DNA of 64,000 nt, taken from positions 166,376 to 230,375 of the forward strand of contig CAZSGP010000004.1 in assembly GCA_964606485.1 (NCBI GenBank). The letters are read 5' to 3'. The translations under genes were made by a program, and so were the position numbers. This DNA comes from an uncultured Planctomycetia bacterium (lineage in GTDB: Bacteria; Omnitrophota; Gorgyraeia; 2-02-FULL-51-18). The notes under the pieces were generated by a model. It was not told the DNA's origin. It ran no database searches and saw only the letters and a list, made by a program, of their open reading frames with translations. Position 1 is the stretch's first letter, and every line of letters begins with the position of its first letter. Of the stretch, positions 16,288-27,242 are shown piece after piece.

Positions 16288-17442
16288 ATGGATTTGTTCG
16301 AAGGCAAAAATCAAACCTCCTCCAAAACCCACGAACCCCTCGCGGTTCGGATGCGACCCAAGCGTTTAAGTGAATTTGCCGGCCAGGAACACATTTTAGG
16401 AGAGGGAAAGCTTCTTCGCCGCGCCATCGAGTCCGATAATTTTAGCTCCATAATTTTGTACGGCCCGCCAGGCACCGGTAAAACCACACTCGCATTTGTG
16501 ATTTCCAATGAAACCAAATCTTATTTTGAGCCGCTCAACGCCGTGACAAGCAATGTTGCTGAGCTAAGAAAAGTCATTGAACAATCCAAAAAACGGTTTG
16601 AACTTAAAAAGCAAAAAACCATTCTGTTTATTGATGAGATTCACCGTTTTAATAAAGCCCAACAAGACGTGCTGATGCCCGATGTTGAAAAAGGAAACCC
16701 CGTGCTCGTTGGAGCAACGACAGAAAATCCTTTTTTCTCGATCGTGGCACCACTTCTTTCGCGGTCGCTCGTTTTTGAACTTAAACCCTTAAGCGAACAA
16801 GGAATTTTGATTTTACTAAAGCGCGCATTAACGGATGTTCCGGAGGGACTAGCAGCTTACCGCGTGAAAGCGGACGAAGAGGCGCTCTTATTTTTAGCGA
16901 AAATCTCCGAAGGGGATGCGCGGCGAGCACTCAGCGCGCTGGAACTGGCTGTTAAAACGACCAAGCCTCAAGCGGATGGGGTTCATTTGACTCGGGGTAT
17001 TGTCGAAGAATCCGTTCAGAAGAAATCCGTGCTATACGACACACATGGCGACCAGCACTACGACACAATTTCAGCGTTTATCAAATCCATGCGCGCGTCG
17101 GATGCTGATTCGGCGGTTTATTATCTCGCAAAGATGATTTATGCGGGGGAAGACCCCCGGTTTATTGCGAGGCGTATGACGATTTTTGCGTCTGAGGACG
17201 TAGGAAATGCCGACCCACAGGCGCTCATGGTCGCTGTTTCTGCGTTTCAGGCGCTTGAATTTGTGGGGCTTCCGGAAGCGCGGATTATTTTGTCTCAAGC
17301 TGTGCTTTATTTGTCGAAAGCGCCCAAGTCCAAGGAAGCCTACGAACAAATCGAATCTGCGCTAAAAGATGTTGAAACCAATAGAGTTCGGACAATTCCA
17401 GAAACGCTTAAAAACCTCAAATTTAGATTCAAAACCCCGTAG
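16288..17442 (+). CDS. rarA: replication-associated recombination protein A (AAA+ ATPase RarA/MgsA)
   Basis: Walker A GPPGTGKTTLA, Walker B/sensor FIDEIHRFNKAQQD, MgsA C-terminal helical domain. Confidence 0.85.
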   Translation: MDLFEGKNQTSSKTHEPLAVRMRPKRLSEFAGQEHILGEGKLLRRAIESDNFSSIILYGPPGTGKTTLAFVISNETKSYFEPLNAVTSNVAELRKVIEQSKKRFELKKQKTILFIDEIHRFNKAQQDVLMPDVEKGNPVLVGATTENPFFSIVAPLLSRSLVFELKPLSEQGILILLKRALTDVPEGLAAYRVKADEEALLFLAKISEGDARRALSALELAVKTTKPQADGVHLTRGIVEESVQKKSVLYDTHGDQHYDTISAFIKSMRASDADSAVYYLAKMIYAGEDPRFIARRMTIFASEDVGNADPQALMVAVSAFQALEFVGLPEARIILSQAVLYLSKAPKSKEAYEQIESALKDVETNRVRTIPETLKNLKFRFKTP

Positions 17443-17470
17443 TTTCCTGTTATCCTATCATCGGTATTTT

Positions 17471-19300
17471 ATGACTCATTTAAGGCTTTTTAAAAAAGCT
17501 TTCCTAGGTGCAATGGCACTGCTTTCTCTGCTTTTTATAACAATTTCTGGTTATCCAGAAGATGGCCTGTCTTCGCTTGAAAACGATATTTTAGCCGCCA
17601 AGGCCAAGCAAGCCGCGATCAACGAAAAATTAAGCTCAGTGCAGCTGGCATTCGACCAGGAAAAATCAAAATTACTCCAAAGCGAAGCCGACCGTTTGAT
17701 GCAGGAACTCGCCACCGAAGAAAAACCAAAAGAAAATATTAAAGAAAAGATCGAAAAAGAAATAGCCATTCAGGCGCCACTGCCGCAAATTCAAAAGAAA
17801 AATCAGGATTTTTGGAAGGGGTATAAGATCAACAATCAAAAGGTCGACTTAAGCGAGAGTGAGTTGCTTTACAGAGTGGCTGTTTCGGACAATATTTTGG
17901 ATTTAAAAGAGGCGGTGAAGGTTGGATTGGCAAGCCGCATGGAGCTCAAAGCATACGCTCAAAAGGTGGAAGTGGCGAAGTCGAAACTCACTGAAGCGCG
18001 GCGCGCTCTTTTTCCGACGGTTCAAGGCGTATTTGAAAATTACACCGGTCTTTCGGGGCAGGTGGGCGCTCGCACGACGGGCGCCGACGCTGGAAATTTT
18101 GACGAACATGGGCGTCTGTTTAGAGGACGAAGCTACAAGCTCAATATGAGCCAGCCTATTTTCTACGACGGGGAATTGATTTTTACGATGCGTCAGGCGG
18201 AAGCAAATTTAAAGGCTGCGAAGGCGGAGTATGAAAAAACACGCTCGGAATACATCCATCAGGTCAAAGTTGATTACTACGGCGTTGTGAAATCCGAATA
18301 CAACGTGCAGTACCAACGCACACTTTACGAAAAGGTGCACGATTTGTATCAAAAAGCACGGCAAGTCCGCGAACAAAAATTAATCGCAGAGATCGACTAT
18401 CTCAACGTGGAGTCTCTTTACCAACAAATTCGTTTTCAAACCGAGGCGTCTGAAAATGATTTAATGTCCGCCATTCTGACACTGTCTCAGGTGATGGGCG
18501 TAGATGACAAAACCGACATTCCCGTGGATTTAAAACTAAAACTCCTTGGGTTCCATTCCTCACTTTCAGAAGTGGTGGGGATTGCGCTCGAGCGAAACCC
18601 CGACATGCAGCTTAAAAATTTTGGATTTGAGGCGGCGATGTATGGCGTCAAAATTTATCAGTCGAAGAAAAAACCAAAAATTGATTTACGGGGCTCGATG
18701 GGGATGCTCGGCGAAACGTTTATCGACAACAAAGCGTTATTTGATGACGGAAATGCGGACTTGGATTTAGAAAAAGAATGGTTCTTAGGAGTGGAGTCGA
18801 GTATGCCGATCGGGCCGAACTCGGTCGAGGTGAGTCAGAATAAGCGCGTGTTTGGACCGACGGTGATTCAGCTCACGGGTTCCGAGGATCGCAAAACCCG
18901 TGTCGCATTTAACTTGTTGGATAAACTTTCAGAAATTACTGATGAAAAAAGCGCGCAAGCGGCACTCTTGGAAGCACAAAGTGATTTGGACAAAGCAAAA
19001 GCAGATGTGACTGCCAAAATTCGGGAAAATTATTACGCGCTTCAAAAGCAAATGGTGCAGGTGGACTCCACCTCTGCCAAAATCCGTTACCAAGAAAAAC
19101 AAAATTCTATCTCCGAGTACATGCTCGGCATGCAGGAAGTTACCACGGCCAATTACATCGAAGGATTGATCAGCTCGGCGGAGGGCCGGTTTGCTTTTAT
19201 CCAGGCTGTCACCGATTACAATTTAGCGATTTCCAATCTCGGACTTTCAATGGGAGATCCGGATTATTTTGAAAACGAAACCGTTCACGCCAAAGACTAG
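17471..19300 (+). CDS. TolC-family outer membrane efflux protein
   Basis: Signal peptide MTHLRLFKKAFLGAMALLSLLF; two tandem OEP-like halves with coiled-coil/beta segments; first gene of the efflux operon; the track start 17369 overlaps rarA. Confidence 0.7.
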   Translation: MTHLRLFKKAFLGAMALLSLLFITISGYPEDGLSSLENDILAAKAKQAAINEKLSSVQLAFDQEKSKLLQSEADRLMQELATEEKPKENIKEKIEKEIAIQAPLPQIQKKNQDFWKGYKINNQKVDLSESELLYRVAVSDNILDLKEAVKVGLASRMELKAYAQKVEVAKSKLTEARRALFPTVQGVFENYTGLSGQVGARTTGADAGNFDEHGRLFRGRSYKLNMSQPIFYDGELIFTMRQAEANLKAAKAEYEKTRSEYIHQVKVDYYGVVKSEYNVQYQRTLYEKVHDLYQKARQVREQKLIAEIDYLNVESLYQQIRFQTEASENDLMSAILTLSQVMGVDDKTDIPVDLKLKLLGFHSSLSEVVGIALERNPDMQLKNFGFEAAMYGVKIYQSKKKPKIDLRGSMGMLGETFIDNKALFDDGNADLDLEKEWFLGVESSMPIGPNSVEVSQNKRVFGPTVIQLTGSEDRKTRVAFNLLDKLSEITDEKSAQAALLEAQSDLDKAKADVTAKIRENYYALQKQMVQVDSTSAKIRYQEKQNSISEYMLGMQEVTTANYIEGLISSAEGRFAFIQAVTDYNLAISNLGLSMGDPDYFENETVHAKD

Positions 19301-19308
19301 AGGGGTTT

Positions 19309-20508
19309 ATGGACAATAAAGGTGCTTTGAATCGAAAAGCCTTAATACCAATTTTTGCAGTGTTCATCGCGCTTTTCTTTTTAATTTCGTTCATTAAAGA
19401 TCATGTGAGTTTTGTCGGTGGTTTCCCCGTTTACAAAAAAAATAAACATGAAATAGCGCCCAAAGCCGCCGAAGCACTGCCGACGCCCGTAAAAATTTAC
19501 AAAGTGGCGCCGGTGAGTTTCCGTGACACGCTACCAGGCCTCGGGACGATCAAAGGATTCCGTGAATTTGATTTGAAATTTCCGGTGAACGGCACGATCG
19601 AATACGTGAATTTTAAGGAAGGCGAAAAAATCACTCAAGGAGACATTATCGCAAGTCTCGATCAAAAAGAAGCGCTGTTGAAATTGGAATATTCCAAAAT
19701 CGAACTTGAAAAACAGACGAAACTATTTGAACTTGGGTCGATTGTTGAAACAAAGCTCAAACAAAGCCAGCTCGAATACCAATCCGCTAAAGCGGAACTG
19801 GATAAAACAAATCTGATTGCCCCAAGCGATGGCTACGTGGGTGCGCTTGAGCTTGACCGCGGTGCATTTATCTCTCCGCAGGATAAAGTAGGGACATTTG
19901 TCGACCTGAAAGACGTTTATGTGGAATTTGGCGTCATTGAAAAAGACGTGGCCAAAGTCAAAGATGGTCAGAACGTGGAGCTTGTGGTGGATTCTTTCCC
20001 GGATCAGATTTTTAAGGGCCAGATTGATTCTATTTCGCCACTTGTTGAGGGCCGCTCACGCACGCTCAAAGTCCGCGCCAAGATTTCAAATCCCGATGAG
20101 AAAATTAAACCCGGTATGTTTGGCCGTGTGAACGTGCTGGTGTACGAAAAAGACCAGGCGCTTGTGATTCCTGCTTCGGCTTTCAAGAAAAAGGAAGATC
20201 AGTACTACGTCTTTTTGGTTCATCCGAACGAGGCAGATCCTGCCATTGAAGAATCGGCGGCACCGGTTCAAAAGGTTTCTAAGCGAAGGAAAAACTCCGA
20301 AGAAGCAGTCGCTGAAATTCCGGAAGAACCCAAAAACGCTTTTGCAACTCTTGAAATGCGAACAATCGAAATTCAGTACGCCACGCCGGACGCAGTGGAA
20401 ATTAAAGAAGGATTGGAAGAAGGAGATTCGGTGGTGGTCGACATCGAACAGGATTTAAAAGATAAGGATAAAGTCGAAATCACGGAAACCCAGGAAGGAA
20501 TTTTTTGA
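19309..20508 (+). CDS. efflux RND transporter periplasmic adaptor subunit (MFP/HlyD family)
   Basis: N-terminal TM anchor, biotinyl-lipoyl-like hairpin (GTIEYVNFKEGEKITQGDIIASLD), alpha-hairpin, beta-barrel; overlaps the downstream RND gene by 4 nt. Confidence 0.8.
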   Translation: MDNKGALNRKALIPIFAVFIALFFLISFIKDHVSFVGGFPVYKKNKHEIAPKAAEALPTPVKIYKVAPVSFRDTLPGLGTIKGFREFDLKFPVNGTIEYVNFKEGEKITQGDIIASLDQKEALLKLEYSKIELEKQTKLFELGSIVETKLKQSQLEYQSAKAELDKTNLIAPSDGYVGALELDRGAFISPQDKVGTFVDLKDVYVEFGVIEKDVAKVKDGQNVELVVDSFPDQIFKGQIDSISPLVEGRSRTLKVRAKISNPDEKIKPGMFGRVNVLVYEKDQALVIPASAFKKKEDQYYVFLVHPNEADPAIEESAAPVQKVSKRRKNSEEAVAEIPEEPKNAFATLEMRTIEIQYATPDAVEIKEGLEEGDSVVVDIEQDLKDKDKVEITETQEGIF

Positions 20509-23500
20509 GCTTACCCTCTTTATCGATCAAACGCCCGATCACCACGATGATGGTGTACGTGGGCGTTTTTTTATTCGGTATTATTTCCCTGAACTTACTC
20601 AGTCAGGAGCTTTTTCCGCCGATTTCCTATCCTCAGCTATCAATTGTAACGCCGTACGAAAATGCCGCCCCCGAAGAAATAGAAACCCTGATCACCAAGC
20701 CCATTGAAGAAGCGGTGGGCGGGATTTCGGGCTTGCGCAAAATTACGTCAAACTCCAAAGAAGGTTTGTCGCTTGTGGTGGTGGAGTTCGGATGGAATCA
20801 AAATATGGATTTTGCGTCACTCTCCATCCGCGAAAAAATTGATCTCATCAAAGAACGCTTGCCGCGAGACGCACAAGAACCCGTGGTCGTGAAATTTAAT
20901 CCGTTTGATTTGCCGGTGATGAGTCTGAGTATTGCAAGTTCTGAGCGCACGCCGGTCGAATTGCGGGAACTCGCACGGCGCTGGTTTAAAGATGAAATCG
21001 AAAAACTGCATGGCGTCGCATCGGCTAGCATTTCGGGCGGCGCGGAAGAACAAATCTTAGTCGATGTGGATCAATCCAAATTACGCGGCGCGGGCGTTTC
21101 AATTGTGCAGGTCTCGGACGCGATTGGCGCGGCAAATCTTAATTTCCCCGGCGGCACCATCAAAGAAAATTTTTATGAGTATCTCGTACGTACACTCGGA
21201 GAGTTTAAGCATGTCGACGAAATCGGACAAATTCCTCTTCGGAGCGAACAGTCTAAATCCAGTGAAGATCCGCGCTTAGCGCAACTTCGGGCCAAAGAAC
21301 CCTCCAACCGTCTAGTGCTTTTGCGGGATGTCGCTCAGATTAACCGCACGGTAAAAGACCGAACGAGTTTTTCACGTTTTAATGCGGTTGAAAACGTAAC
21401 GCTTGCTGTGCAGAAGCAAGCGCAGGCCAACACGATTCACGTAAGCCAGGCGATCCGTAAAAAATTAAAAGAACTCGAGACCCGGCTTCCCAAAGACATC
21501 AAAGTTGACGTGGTTTACGACCAATCCAAATTTATCAACGACGCGTTAAATGGCGTGAAGGACGCGGCGCTTCAAGGGGGACTGCTCGCATTTCTAGTGC
21601 TTGTCCTTTTCTTGCGTGATTTTAAAAATTCGGCGCTGGTCGTGACGATTACGCCGGTGACGGTGCTCGCCACTTACACGCTGATGTATTTTATGGGAAT
21701 TTCGCTGAACGTGATCTCACTCGGAGGCGTGGCGCTCGGCGTCGGGATGCTCCTCGACAATGCCGTGGTCGTTATTGAAAACGTTTACCGGAAATTCCGC
21801 GAAAATCCAAAAGACGGCATGCAACAAGCGGCCATTGTCGGATCCGAAGAAGTGATGGCGCCGATGTGGGCGTCGACCCTAACCACGGTCTCGGTATTTT
21901 TGCCGATCGTTTTCGTAACGGGAATTGCAGGACAAATTTTCAAAGAGCTCGCCTGGGTCGTCGTGGTCACTCAGGTGATTTCAGCCATCATTGCGTTTAC
22001 GCTTTTACCGATGTTGATTGCAAAGGTGGGTGAGAAGTCATCTCTATCGAAGCGTGATATTCACGAACAGGGTGGCGCAATCGTCGGAAAAAGCGCACTT
22101 GAAAATACACTGGAAACACTGTCGGCACCGATTCGCTGGATTGAATCCGCCTATGCAAAAATTCTTCCCGGATTTATCGAGCGGAAATGGTTTTATTTAT
22201 TAATTGTTTTTGGGATGTTTGTCGTCAGTCTGTTCGTGCTTATTAACACCGACAAGGTCTTGCTTCCCAAAGTCGACCAGGGGCAGTTTATGTTGAAACT
22301 CGACATGCCGGTTGGCACACGCGTGGAGCACACGAACGCCATCACCCAAAAAGTTGAAAAATTTCTTTTAGCGTTTCCTGAAGTGCATAGCGTTTCGGCG
22401 GTGGTTGGCTCAAGCCGGGGTGACGCGACGAAAGAAGTGCTCGAGCGTCTTGGCGCGCACCAATCACAGGTGGTAGTGAGTCTCAAAGAAAAACGGGAAC
22501 GGCCAACCGATGAGATTGTCCAAGAGGTGAGAAAGCATTTCGAACTCTCTCAAGGCCGTGCGGATATTTTCCCCGGCCGTTTAAGTTACGTGCTGTATGA
22601 CAGCGCTTTTAAAGTGGGAGGCGATAGCGACGCGCCGCTGGTTGTGGACATTAAAGGTCCGCGACTGGACGAGCTTCAACGCTTGTCCGTGTTAACCCAG
22701 CAAAAAATTGAGGCCATTGAGGGCGTATACGGCGTCACCAACAGCATTGCCGAATCATTTCCGGAAACCAAAATTATTATCGACAAGGACCGCGCGTCTT
22801 ATTATCAGCTTTCGGTGGTGACGATTGCGCAGGCAGCGAATATCGCCATCAAAGGAATCACGGCGAGCAAATTTAAAGAAGAAGGCCGGGAAATCGACAT
22901 TCGTGTCCAGCTTCACGAAAGCGACCGCGACAAGTTTGAAAAATTGGGAAATTTGGTGGTTCGCTCGCCGCTTGATCTCGACGTGCCGTTGTCGGACTTT
23001 GTGAAATTCAAACGCGGCAAGGGACCGAGTGAAATTAAGCGCGTGTCACAAGAGCGAACCGTGCAGATTTATGCCAAAGTTTATGGGCGCGGCCTCGAAG
23101 AGGCGGTGGCGGAAACGCAAAAAGTGATTAACTCTTTAAAAGTTCCGGACCGTTACTCAGTGAAGATTGCCGGTGAAAGCGAAGAAGTAAAAGAATCCTT
23201 CGCGAGCCTTCAATTTGCATTCACGCTCTCAGTGATTTTGGTGTACATGATTATGGCGGCACAGTTTGAGTCGCTCTGGCAGCCGTTTCTCATCATGTTT
23301 TGTTTGCCGTTGTCGCTGATCGGAGTGGCGATTGCGCTCGCCATTTCTCACACGCCGATGAGCGTCGTTGTTATCCTTGGAATCATTTTGCTCGCGGGTA
23401 TCGTGGTGAATAACGGGATTATTCTCATCGATTTTGTGAATAGTTTGCGTGCGCAAGGAATGCCTTTGAAAGACGCCGCGATTCTTGCCGGAAAAACAAG

Positions 23501-23708
23501 ACTCCGTCCGATTCTCATGACGGCGTTTTCGTCGGCCATTGGTCTTGCGCCGCTGGCACTCGGGATCGGCGAGGGTGCCGAGCTTCAAGCTCCGATGGCT
23601 GTTGCGGTGATGGGTGGAATTTTAATGGCGACGTTTTTAACTCTAGTCGTGACACCGGCGCTTTATATCGGAACCGAAGAGATCGCAGCAAAATTTAGGA
23701 AAAAGTGA
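20505..23708 (+). CDS. RND efflux permease (AcrB/HAE1-like), 1067 aa
   Basis: 12-TM RND architecture with two large periplasmic loops; conserved TM4 region GVGMLLDNAVVVIENVYR. Confidence 0.9.
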   Translation: MSLPSLSIKRPITTMMVYVGVFLFGIISLNLLSQELFPPISYPQLSIVTPYENAAPEEIETLITKPIEEAVGGISGLRKITSNSKEGLSLVVVEFGWNQNMDFASLSIREKIDLIKERLPRDAQEPVVVKFNPFDLPVMSLSIASSERTPVELRELARRWFKDEIEKLHGVASASISGGAEEQILVDVDQSKLRGAGVSIVQVSDAIGAANLNFPGGTIKENFYEYLVRTLGEFKHVDEIGQIPLRSEQSKSSEDPRLAQLRAKEPSNRLVLLRDVAQINRTVKDRTSFSRFNAVENVTLAVQKQAQANTIHVSQAIRKKLKELETRLPKDIKVDVVYDQSKFINDALNGVKDAALQGGLLAFLVLVLFLRDFKNSALVVTITPVTVLATYTLMYFMGISLNVISLGGVALGVGMLLDNAVVVIENVYRKFRENPKDGMQQAAIVGSEEVMAPMWASTLTTVSVFLPIVFVTGIAGQIFKELAWVVVVTQVISAIIAFTLLPMLIAKVGEKSSLSKRDIHEQGGAIVGKSALENTLETLSAPIRWIESAYAKILPGFIERKWFYLLIVFGMFVVSLFVLINTDKVLLPKVDQGQFMLKLDMPVGTRVEHTNAITQKVEKFLLAFPEVHSVSAVVGSSRGDATKEVLERLGAHQSQVVVSLKEKRERPTDEIVQEVRKHFELSQGRADIFPGRLSYVLYDSAFKVGGDSDAPLVVDIKGPRLDELQRLSVLTQQKIEAIEGVYGVTNSIAESFPETKIIIDKDRASYYQLSVVTIAQAANIAIKGITASKFKEEGREIDIRVQLHESDRDKFEKLGNLVVRSPLDLDVPLSDFVKFKRGKGPSEIKRVSQERTVQIYAKVYGRGLEEAVAETQKVINSLKVPDRYSVKIAGESEEVKESFASLQFAFTLSVILVYMIMAAQFESLWQPFLIMFCLPLSLIGVAIALAISHTPMSVVVILGIILLAGIVVNNGIILIDFVNSLRAQGMPLKDAAILAGKTRLRPILMTAFSSAIGLAPLALGIGEGAELQAPMAVAVMGGILMATFLTLVVTPALYIGTEEIAAKFRKK

Positions 23709-26700
23709 ATCTTCCCGAAATTTCGATAAGAAAACCCGTCACGGTTCTTATGGTGACGCTGATCGTTATTCTCTTTGGGCTTGTGAGTTTAAGCAAGCTC
23801 CCCGTCGAGCTTTACCCCAACACGTCTTTCGGTGAAATCAGCATTATTATCCAAGCCCGTGGCGGCATTCCTCCGACTGAAGTCGAAAGTTTAATTTCCA
23901 AGCCCGTCGAGGAAGCGGTTTCCACGGTGAGTAATTTGGAACAGCTCATGTCGATTTCTAAAGAAGGTGAATCGACCGTCGTCCTCAGTTTTAAATCTGG
24001 AACCGACATGGATTTTGCCGCACTCGAAGTGCGCGAAAAATTCGCCAAAATTAAAAATAAACTTCCCAAAGAAATTGAAAAGCCGGTGATCGCGCAATTT
24101 CAACAGGGTGACGTGCCGGTTTACATTTTAGCGATGACAAGTGAAAAGCGCACCACTGAAGACTTGCGCAAAATCGTGGACGACTCGTTCAAAGAAGTTT
24201 TAAAACGTGTTCCAGGCGTGGCAAACGTAGAAGTTGCCGGTGGACGTGAGCGAAAAATTTTAGTCGACGTGGATCAGACGAAGCTTGCGTCATACGGCAT
24301 TCCAATTGATCAAGTGACAGGCGTTTTGGGGTCAAACAATTTAAATCTGCTGTCAGGTGAGGTGGAACAGAAAGAAGACCGGTACTTGATCCGCGTGATG
24401 GGCGAATTTGAATCGGTGGATCAAATTAAAAATATGGGAATCCAACGCGATGCGTCGGGTTCGATTATCCGCGTGAAGGACGTAGCCGCGGTGAAAGACT
24501 CGTATCTGGAACCGCAGGAGTACTCACGGCTCAACACGAAGCCGGTCGTGACGATTTACGTGCAAAAAGAAAGCACGAAAAATACGATCACCGTGACGCA
24601 CGATCTGACGCGGGCGATTGACGAATATAAAGTGAAGCTACCGGCGGATATTCAACTTGTGGTCACGTCGAACCAGTCCGAGTCCATCGTGAAGGCCATT
24701 GATAATTTAAAAGAGACTCTTCTTCAGGGCGTGGCGCTTATTATCCTCACGTTCTTTTTATTTTTATTTCGCTTAAAGCCCGCGCAATACGTAGGGATCG
24801 GGCTACTCATCATATTCGCAATTTTTGCAAAGGGGATTTTGCTCGACGTTTTATTTTTTGGGCTACTCGCGTCCCTGCTACTCGTGAAGCGCTTTCGCTC
24901 CATCATTATCGTGACCTTGCCGATTCCGGTGTCGGTCATCGCAACGTTTATTTTCATGCGCTTTCAAGGACTCACCGTAAACGTCATGACGCTGTTTGGA
25001 CTGGTGCTCGGCATGGTGATCTTGGTCGATAATTCCATTGTGGTATTTGAAAATATTTTGAAGAAGCGGGAAGACGGAAACGAAATTGTGTTGAGCGCTG
25101 TAAAAGGCAGTAACGAAATGTTTATGGTGATTCTCGCGTCAACGGTGGTGATTGTCATTGTGTTTATTCCTCTCATGTTCATGGGACAGGAATTGCAAAA
25201 ATTGTATTCCGGCATGGCCGCGACCATTGTGATTTCGCTCTTGGCGTCATCGGTTTGTGCGCTGTCGCTTGTCCCGATGATGTGTTCAAAACCCGCTTTT
25301 TCGAAGTACTTGCTTGAAGAAGAAAGAAAAGATCCTTCGGCCCATCAAAAAGATGATGAACCTCAGGATGGCAAATGGTCCGTCATTCTGAGCGCAGCGA
25401 AGAATCTTTTCTCAAAAATAAGACTGCTCTCGAAGGCTAAATGGGTTGAGCGTCTACGAGCTTCTCGAGCGTATGTGGTTATAACTGGGCTTACGCCTGA
25501 GCGCTTTGTGCACTACGAGCGGCGCTTTCTTTTTAAGACCATCCGCTTTCGAAAAATGGCAATTTGGGTGTGTGCCGGGATTGTGCTGCTGCCGATTTTT
25601 TTTCTGTCTCGCATGGGTCAGGAATACTTAGGAAGCACCGAGCAGAATAAATTCACTGCGTTTGTCGAGCTTCCCACCGGTGCCAAGCTTGACGCTTCCG
25701 ACAAAGTGGTCAAAAAAGTGGAAGCCGTTATTAAAAAAGTCCCGGAGGTAAAAACCGTCACGTCGCGCATTGAGCCGTGGTCATCCAAAGTGTATGTCGA
25801 GCTTGTTGAAGCCAGAAAACGTCGCCGGTCTGCCAATGACATTATCGAATCGCTTCGCAAAGAAACCGACAAACTTCACCCCGCCTTTATTTACTTTCAA
25901 CAAGAAGAGCAGGTTGGAACCAAAGAAGTCATCCTCGAAATTTTTGGGTTTGATTATGAAAAATTAAGAGAGCTCGCCATCGCCATCGCGAACCGCCTTC
26001 AGTCAGTGAAGGGGTTGTCCGACACGAAAATTCGCATGCGCGAAGGTCGTCCCGAAATGCAGCTACTCATTCAAAAGAAAAAAGCGGGTTTAAGCGAGCT
26101 GACCGTCAGCGAAGTGGCCAATCAAGTGCACGGGCAAATGCGAGGTTTACGCGCGACTGTGTTTCACACCGAGGGAAAAGAAGTTGAAACCATTTCAAGA
26201 CTCGACGAAAAATACCGCAAAACATTTAAGGACTTGCACCGACTCATTATTACTTCTAAAGAGGGTGATTTTGTTTTGCTGGATCAAGTCAGTGATTTTA
26301 AATTTGGTCTAGGACCCAGCGAAATATGGCGTAAAGATAAAAATCGCGTGATTCAAGTGAGTGCCAATATTGGAAAAGTAGCGCTGAGTAAAGTTGTCCA
26401 AGATATCACGAAGAGTTTAAAATCAGTCCCATTCCCAGAAAATTATTTTTGGCGTGTCGCAGGAGATTACCCGACGCTTATTCGCACAAGCCGGCAAATG
26501 CGGCTCATGATTGCCTTTGTGCTCATTCTTGTTTTCTTGGTGCTCGCCTCGCTTTTTGAATCACTGTATCAACCCTTTCTTATTATGATTGCCGTTCCAC
26601 TTGCTTTGTGTGGCGCTACCGCGGCGCTGTACTTTGGTCCAAAGTCGATAGGCGTGGGGGCCTTGTTTGGAATGATGATGCTCGTGGGGATTGTGGTCAA

Positions 26701-27058
26701 CCACTCCATCATGCTGATTGACCGCATTAATTTTTATGTTAATGAGAAAAAATACTCAGCTATAAAAGCGGCCGTACTCGCCAACAAGGACCGATTGAGA
26801 CCCATCTTAATGACGCTTTTTTGCTCGGTTTTAGGGCTCATTCCTATGGCCATTGATAAGTCAGAAGGCGCTAACCTATGGTCACCACTGGCCTTAACAG
26901 TGATTGGAGGGGTAGTTAGTTCAACTTTGCTTACACTGATGGTGACACCCGCATTTTATGTGCTGTTTCAGGACATGATTCACACTAAATGGTCGATAAA
27001 GGGTGCCATAAGAAAAATTGTTAGTGCACAAAAAACTAAGAATAATGTTAGCTTATAA
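23705..27058 (+). CDS. second RND efflux permease (1117 aa) with extended TM6-TM7 cytoplasmic linker
   Basis: Paralogue of the upstream gene (LVLGMVILVDNSIVVFENI); ~100-aa charged linker between TM6 and TM7; start overlaps the upstream stop (aaGTGAat). Confidence 0.88.
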   Translation: MNLPEISIRKPVTVLMVTLIVILFGLVSLSKLPVELYPNTSFGEISIIIQARGGIPPTEVESLISKPVEEAVSTVSNLEQLMSISKEGESTVVLSFKSGTDMDFAALEVREKFAKIKNKLPKEIEKPVIAQFQQGDVPVYILAMTSEKRTTEDLRKIVDDSFKEVLKRVPGVANVEVAGGRERKILVDVDQTKLASYGIPIDQVTGVLGSNNLNLLSGEVEQKEDRYLIRVMGEFESVDQIKNMGIQRDASGSIIRVKDVAAVKDSYLEPQEYSRLNTKPVVTIYVQKESTKNTITVTHDLTRAIDEYKVKLPADIQLVVTSNQSESIVKAIDNLKETLLQGVALIILTFFLFLFRLKPAQYVGIGLLIIFAIFAKGILLDVLFFGLLASLLLVKRFRSIIIVTLPIPVSVIATFIFMRFQGLTVNVMTLFGLVLGMVILVDNSIVVFENILKKREDGNEIVLSAVKGSNEMFMVILASTVVIVIVFIPLMFMGQELQKLYSGMAATIVISLLASSVCALSLVPMMCSKPAFSKYLLEEERKDPSAHQKDDEPQDGKWSVILSAAKNLFSKIRLLSKAKWVERLRASRAYVVITGLTPERFVHYERRFLFKTIRFRKMAIWVCAGIVLLPIFFLSRMGQEYLGSTEQNKFTAFVELPTGAKLDASDKVVKKVEAVIKKVPEVKTVTSRIEPWSSKVYVELVEARKRRRSANDIIESLRKETDKLHPAFIYFQQEEQVGTKEVILEIFGFDYEKLRELAIAIANRLQSVKGLSDTKIRMREGRPEMQLLIQKKKAGLSELTVSEVANQVHGQMRGLRATVFHTEGKEVETISRLDEKYRKTFKDLHRLIITSKEGDFVLLDQVSDFKFGLGPSEIWRKDKNRVIQVSANIGKVALSKVVQDITKSLKSVPFPENYFWRVAGDYPTLIRTSRQMRLMIAFVLILVFLVLASLFESLYQPFLIMIAVPLALCGATAALYFGPKSIGVGALFGMMMLVGIVVNHSIMLIDRINFYVNEKKYSAIKAAVLANKDRLRPILMTLFCSVLGLIPMAIDKSEGANLWSPLALTVIGGVVSSTLLTLMVTPAFYVLFQDMIHTKWSIKGAIRKIVSAQKTKNNVSL

Positions 27059-27242
27059 AATATTTAGTTATGAGATTTGAAACTTGATCATTTGCATGCC
27101 ATACTTTAATCAGGAATCCGAATGAAAGAGGCGTTATTTTTCTATAATTAAGGAAAATAAAAAAGGATTTAATAACTTACTTAAGATGTGCTAAAATAAC
27201 ACTTAAATTTCACGGAGACTTTATAAGAGATTCATCTCTAAA

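Noticed and set aside
27059-27242. Possible promoter of the giant gene (tataat at 27143-27148)
   Set aside because: A -10-like hexamer is present but no convincing -35 and no clear RBS, so the sequence alone cannot assign a promoter confidently.
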